Positions 58,091 to 64,000 of a DNA stretch of 64,000 nt are shown one piece after another. The first letter of the stretch is position 1. Every line of letters begins with the position of its first letter. This stretch comes from Gnetum montanum (taxonomy: Eukaryota > Plantae > Gnetophyta), in contig MNCI01000405.1 in NCBI GenBank assembly GCA_015680685.1, positions 338,988 through 402,987 on the forward strand, given 5' to 3'. A program made the position numbers and the translations under genes. Under the pieces are notes generated by a model that was not told where the DNA came from, did no database searches, and was given only the letters and a program-made list of their open reading frames with translations.

Positions 58091-61000
58091 TTTGGTATCG
58101 GAGCCTTAGATCTCTATCTTGATGCAGTTTTTGATGATGATGCAATCTGGAAATAACATTTTTTTAATATTTTTGTGCTTTATAGTTTTAGAAAGATTGC
58201 TCATTTCTGGTTTCTGCCTAGTGAAAGAGATTTCACTCTCACATTTTATATCATTCTTGTACACGGTAGAACTAGAAAATAGAAACCATTACTATTGTGG
58301 CAATGAGGATATTTTCTTTTGTTATTTTGAAGAGCTAGTTTGGTTGTGCTGTTTGCAATTTTCTTCATGCGACATTCTGTTGTCTACATCATTACCCTAT
58401 AATAGCTTGTCGTTATGTAAATGTTTTCAAAGGTTGAGCACGATTTGGTTTAACTTGAGCGGTCTTAAGGCTAATAGATGTTTATTTCCTCTGCACATAG
58501 CTGGATTTTGTGAATTATGTATGAGCTTTTTCCATTTCATCTTGCATATCCAACATTCATCATTGTTATTATGATTTTTGGTGTTTTTTTTTTCATGTTG
58601 GCCAATGAATTAGCATTATTCTAGAGGGTTTTCTTTTGGCACTTTGGCCTCCACCTAGGGACCTTAGGCTGGAATAATTGAATGAATTATGTTTATACCA
58701 TGTTGAATTTGATAATTTATCAATCTTATGGATATTTTTGTATATGTATGCATCACCTTTTGCATATGAATTATAACAAGTGATCTATATAATTTTGTAT
58801 AATTAGAGAGTAGCCACAACATCTTTAATTATGCAAAATTATGTACTAAGAGCTTTTGGATCACATATGGTACACAACATTAAAAATTGTGATTAATCAT
58901 ATATGATATGATAAAATTTATCCCACAGAATTTTTTATTGTATTTAATATGATTAATTAGGATGATATGGTAAATTATTTTTCTTAATTTACCCACAGGG
59001 ATTAAGAAAAGGAATATAATTTAATAGTTTCATCATAAGGATATATGAATCTATTTGAATTAAAATTTAGCCCACAGGTAATTTTATGTCATTTGATTCA
59101 TATTTTTCATGATTTACATTGGTAAACATGTTTTATGGTATTCTAACCACAAATTTAGCAATATAAGAATATTTGATTATGTAGTTATACAACTTGTAAG
59201 CTACTCTGATTTTAAATGTGACATTTCTAAATTAAAGGATGATAATTATAAGGTGTGAAAGGAGAGAATTCTTCTTTATTTAGGTTGGATGGACATTAAT
59301 TATGCTATCCATAAGGATGAACCACGTGTTGTTACAACAATCAACCATTCAGATGATATTGGTAATTATGAAAAATGGAAGTGAGCTAATCGCCTTTGTG
59401 TCATGTTCATAAAAACCAAGATCTCTACTGGTATGTGTGGTTGATTGAAACATGATAACAATTTGATGAACAATTTGAGTCATCAGATCTCTACATTGTT
59501 ATCATTGATAACCAATGTAAAAACCAAGATCTCTACTGTTAAAGGCCATTGGTTAGTACCTTGATAATGAAGTTCTCATCCATGAAGCTCACTGAAATTT
59601 GTGTTGTGCGTGAGCACATCATGCAAATGATGGCTATAGTGGCTCAACTCAAAATACTTGAGGTTGAGATGTTAGAATCTTTTCTTGTGCACTACATCTT
59701 AAATATTCTCCCATCATAATACAAACCCTTTAAGATTTCTTATAACACACATAAGGACAAATGGTTAATCAATGAACTAATGACCATGTGTGTGCAAGAA
59801 GAGGGGATACTTGCTTTGGAAATGAAAGAAATTGTGCATCTAGCTACACAATGAAAGAATAAAGGATAAGCCAAAGGCAAGTGAAAGCTCAAGTTTCCTG
59901 TACAAGTTGATATTAAGAAAGAATCCATATGGCTTTCCTACAAAAAGAAAGGGCACATAAAGAAGGATTGTTCTAAATATTAGAAATGGCTTGAAAAGAA
60001 AGGTGATCAACTCTCACTTGTTTGTTTTGAATCTAATATAGTTGATGTTGACCATGACACATGGTGGATTAATTCTGGTTCTGCAATCCATATTACCAAT
60101 TTCTTGTAGGGGGTGAAAAATCTAAGGAAGCTAATGGGAAGTGAGTCATGCATCTATTCAAGCAAGAAGATGTGCTCACATGTGGAGGCAATCAGAATAT
60201 GCATTTGAGTTTTTAAGTAGTGGTTTTGTTTTAGAATAGGAGAAGAAATTTTATATTTCAAGTTTTTCAAGGAATTTTTTTTTTCAAGGCTTCTATCATT
60301 GGGATTTTCCTTTAATTTTTCAAACACTATATTTAGTTTATATTATAGATCTAGACTTATTGGAAATGGTACATTGATAGATGGTCTTTTCAAAATTAAT
60401 TTAAAAAATGAAATTTCTTATACTTCTATGCATGTTCATGTTGGCATTAAGAGATGTGTTATGAATGACGAATCCTCTATGTTGTGGCATTGTAGATTAG
60501 GACATATCTCTATTGAAAGAATAAAGAGATTAGTAAATGATGGAGTACTTAGTACTCTAGATTTTATTGACTTTGACACTTGTGTGGATTGCATAAAGGG
60601 AAAGTAGACCAATATGTCAAAGAAAGGTGCCAAGAGGAGTTTAGACATATTAAAGATCATACATATAGATATTTGTAGTCTATATATGGATGTGTATGGT
60701 CAAAAGCATATCATTACCTTTATTGATGATTACTCATGATATATGTATCTCTAATTGCTTCATAACAAGAGTGAAGCTTTAGATGCCTTTAAGGTGTTTA
60801 AGGCTAAAGTAGAAAAACAGTGTGATAAGAAAATAAAGATAGTGAGATTTGATAGAGGTGGTGAATACTATGGTAGATATACTGATGATGGACAAGCATC
60901 TACTCCATTTGCTAAGTTTCTTCAAGAGCATGGGACTGTTGCCTAGTACACTATGCTTGGTTCTCTAGAGCAGAATGGTGTGGCAGAAAGAAGAAACCAA

Positions 61001-63559
61001 ACATTATTGAACATGATGTAGAGTATGCTTAGTGGCTCCAAGCTTCCTAAGTCCTTGTGGATTGAAACTCTTAAGATAGTAGAGTATATATTAAATTGAG
61101 TTCCAACCAAGGTTGTCTTAAAGATACCATTTGAAATATGGAAAGGTTAGAAATGAAGTGTGTGACATATACGTGTTTAAGGATGCCCATTTGAAGTAAG
61201 AGTATAATCCACAAGAAAAGAAGCTAGACCCAAGGACCATAAGTGGGTTTTGTTGGATATGTTAAATGGTTTAAGGGATATAGATTTTATTACCCATCAC
61301 ATACTACTCGGTTTGTGGAATCAAGTAATGCTAAATTTCTTGAGAATGACTTGATTAGTGAGAGCAGTAGATCTTGGAACATTGTTCCTGAGATTGATCA
61401 TATAGACATTCAATCTGCTATTTCAAATGATAGACTAATTTTTGTGCACAATATGCCTAGAGCACAAATGCATACTGAACAACAACTAGTCATTGAAGTT
61501 CCACAAATTGCTGATTAAGAAGTGGTAGATCCAATTGAACAACAAATACCAGAACTTGTTGAACAGCTTGTTGAACATCATGATCCTCAAGAGAATGATG
61601 AACCAATATTAAGAAGATCTACTGGAGTAAAGTGATCGATGATTCCTAGTAACTATATGGTGTATCTACAGGAGTCTAACTACAACATAGGAATTGAAAA
61701 TGATGCCAAAACATTTTCACAAGCCATAAATTGTAAGGAATCTAACTTGTGGAATGATTCCATGAAAGATGAAATGAACTCTATGTCATCTAATGGAGTC
61801 TGGGATCTTGTCAAGTTTCTTGATGGTGTAAAACCCATTGGATGCAAATGGATCTTTAAGACTAAGAAAGACTCATTGGGAAACACTGAAAGATATAAGG
61901 CCAGACTTGTTGAAAAAGGGTTCACTCAAGAAATAGGGAATAGATTATAGGGAGACCTTTTCTCCTGTATCTAAGAAGGACTCTCCATGTTATCATGGCA
62001 TTAGTTGCCCATTTTGATCTTGAATTACATCAAATGGATGTGAAAACAACATTCCTTAATGGTGATCTAGAGGAAGAGGTTTATATGAAACAACCTGAAG
62101 GATTTTTCTCTAATGATGGTGAGCAATTGGTATGCAAGCTCAAGAAATCCATATATGGATTGAAACAGGCCTCCCATCAATGGTACCTAAAATTCCATGA
62201 TATAATCATTTCATTTGATTTTGAAGAAAACATCATGGATCAATGTATATACCAAAATGTTAGTGGGAGTGAAATCTATTTCCTTGTTCTATATGTGGAT
62301 GATATATTTCTTGCAACCAATAACAGTGGATTTTTATACGAGGTGAAACATTTTCTCTCTAAGAATTTTAACATGAAGGATATGCATGAGGCATCTTATG
62401 TCATTGGCATACAGATCCATAAGGACAGATCTAGATGTATTTTGGGACTGCTGCAGGAAACCTATATTAATAAAGTTTTAGAAAGGTTTCGGATGAAAGA
62501 TTGTTCACCAAGTATAGCACCCATTATGAAAGGTGACAGTTTCAATTTGAACTAGTGCCCTAGGAATGATTTAGAGAAAAGTTAGATGAGAAACATTCCA
62601 TATGCTTCAGCTATTGGAATCCTTATATATGATCAAGTCTACATAAGACCTGACATTACATTTGCTGTGGGAATGCTGGGCAGATATCATAGTAATCTAG
62701 GATTGACCACTAGAGGATTGCAAAGAAAGTGATGAGGTACCTTCAAGGTACAAAAGACTACATGCTTATGTATAAATGAAATAACTCCTTAGAGGTGATT
62801 AGCTACTCTAACTCAGATTTTGCTGGTTGTGTTGATTCACAAAAATCAACATCTCATTATGTTTTTATGCTAGCTAGAGGAGCTATATCCTAGAGGAGTG
62901 GAAAACAAACTTTGGTTGCTACTTCCACCATGGAGGTAGAGTTTGTTTCTTTTTTTGAGGCTACTTCACATGGTGCATGGCTAAAGAGTTTCATATTAGG
63001 GCTTAGAATTATGGATTCTATATCTAGGCCATTAAGAATGTTTTGTGATAATTTAGTTGTTGTCTTTATGGCTAAAAATAATAAGAGTGGCAGTCGAAGT
63101 AAACACATCGACATCAAGTACTTAGCCATAAGGGAACACATTAAGGAAAAAAAGTGGTCATTACACATATAAGCACTGAATTAATGATAGTTGATCCTTT
63201 GACAAAAGGAATGCCACCAAAGTCATTTAACGATCATGTAGATCAGATGGGACTTTTTTCCATAATGTAACTTTTTGTACATACAACTTACAGACTTAAT
63301 GAAACTCTTATTCAGTTGTGTTATTTTCTCATATGGTTTGCCAATATAGTTATTAGAGAAAATACACATATGGAAGGATCTAGAATGAACATTAGGTATA
63401 TTCATAAAGTTAAGTTACCATATAAGAAATTATGTTTGAAAGATCATGCATTGTAATACATGAAAGATAATACTCACATTAAGAGAAATTATTGCCATGA
63501 TTCATGTATTTATTTCTTGAACTCTAAACCTGATTAAATATGGAGACCAAGTGGGAGAT

Positions 63560-63911
63560 TGTAGCATGTGTTACCCACTAAGGTGCTTTATGCATTAGTT
63601 AATGCATGAAAGTGGCTACCATGTCCACTAACACATTTTATGGATTAGTTAATGCATGAAAGTGGCCACCATGCCCACTAATGCATTTTATGGGTTAGTT
63701 AATGCATGAAAGTGGCTACCATGCCCACTAATGCATTTTTATGGATTAGTTAATGTATAAAAGTGGCCACCATACCCACTAATGCATTTTTATGAGTTGG
63801 TTAATGCATCAAGGTGGTCTCCATATCTAGTAACATGTTTTTTATGTGTTGGCATTGGGTCTCTTATGGTAACCAATTTAGTGGCCTATAAATTCATTCT
63901 TGATCGGAGAA
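63560..63911 (+). repeat. Copia 3' LTR (interrupted) with a 50-51-bp repeat x4
   Basis: Matches the 5' LTR up to just past the TATA box. Anchors at 63609, 63659, 63709 and 63760. Confidence 0.88.
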
Positions 63912-64000
63912 TGATGAGACGCGACTTACACTAGGCCGCGATATCGCGTATGCGATATCGCGTCTTCTCCTGCGATATCGCATACGTGATATCGCGTCCC
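63912..64000 (+). mobile_element. Start of a young, CpG-intact LTR (TGATGAG family) inserted in the Copia 3' LTR
   Basis: Similarity to the Copia 5' LTR stops abruptly. Begins TGATGAG and carries four (G)CGATATCGC-type palindromes. Confidence 0.65.

Larger units (their letters stand above)
57513..63911 (+). mobile_element. Near full-length degenerate Ty1/Copia element (Ikeros-like, tentative)
   Basis: gag: ISYNTHKDKWLINELMTMCVQEEG. GAG-pre-INT: LWHCRLGHIS. INT: RGGEYYGRY, QNGVAERRN. RT: QMDVKTTFLNG, LYVDD. RH: SKHIDIKY. PBS tggtatcggagcc at 58093-58105 and PPT ccaagtgggaga before 63560. Confidence 0.95.

Noticed and set aside
58119-58574. 151-aa hydrophobic ORF (env-like?)
   Set aside because: It lies in the T-rich Copia leader between PBS and gag. 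Composition explains both the hydrophobicity and the lack of stops.

Overview
AT-rich, transposon-saturated eukaryotic DNA, almost certainly a large land-plant genome. The aldehyde-oxidase type and the group-2 Helitron hint at a non-angiosperm host, which is inference only. I found no intact host gene. About 85-90% of the window is nested, C-to-T/G-to-A-eroded mobile DNA. Left to right: an Athila-like LTR with PBS; a Tat/Ogre pol (RT-RH-aRH-INT) with a 30-bp array and a 3.4-kb 3' LTR; three L1 LINEs; a Tekay chromovirus; an RTE LINE; more copies of the TGATGAG LTR family; an Ogre-like gag-pro element holding a SIRE-like solo LTR; a group-2 Helitron (DUF6570 plus PIF1); a 9.5-kb SWIM-type Mutator-like element with a ULP1 remnant and an internal higher-order repeat; and a near full-length Copia whose 3' LTR is cut by a young CpG-intact LTR at the window edge. 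Host-gene relics: a multiply deleted PRISE (VEP1/P5bR) pseudogene (13630-14239), the last four exons of a xanthine dehydrogenase/aldehyde oxidase-family gene (27448-28362), and an ankyrin-repeat fragment (57189-57465). The best leads are an unexplained CpG-retaining island at about 11.7-13.45 kb and the Mutator-like element, whose apparent 20-bp TIRs and 4-bp TSD are atypical. All family calls come from motifs recognised by eye and manual translation; no database search was run, and coordinates of degenerate elements are approximate.
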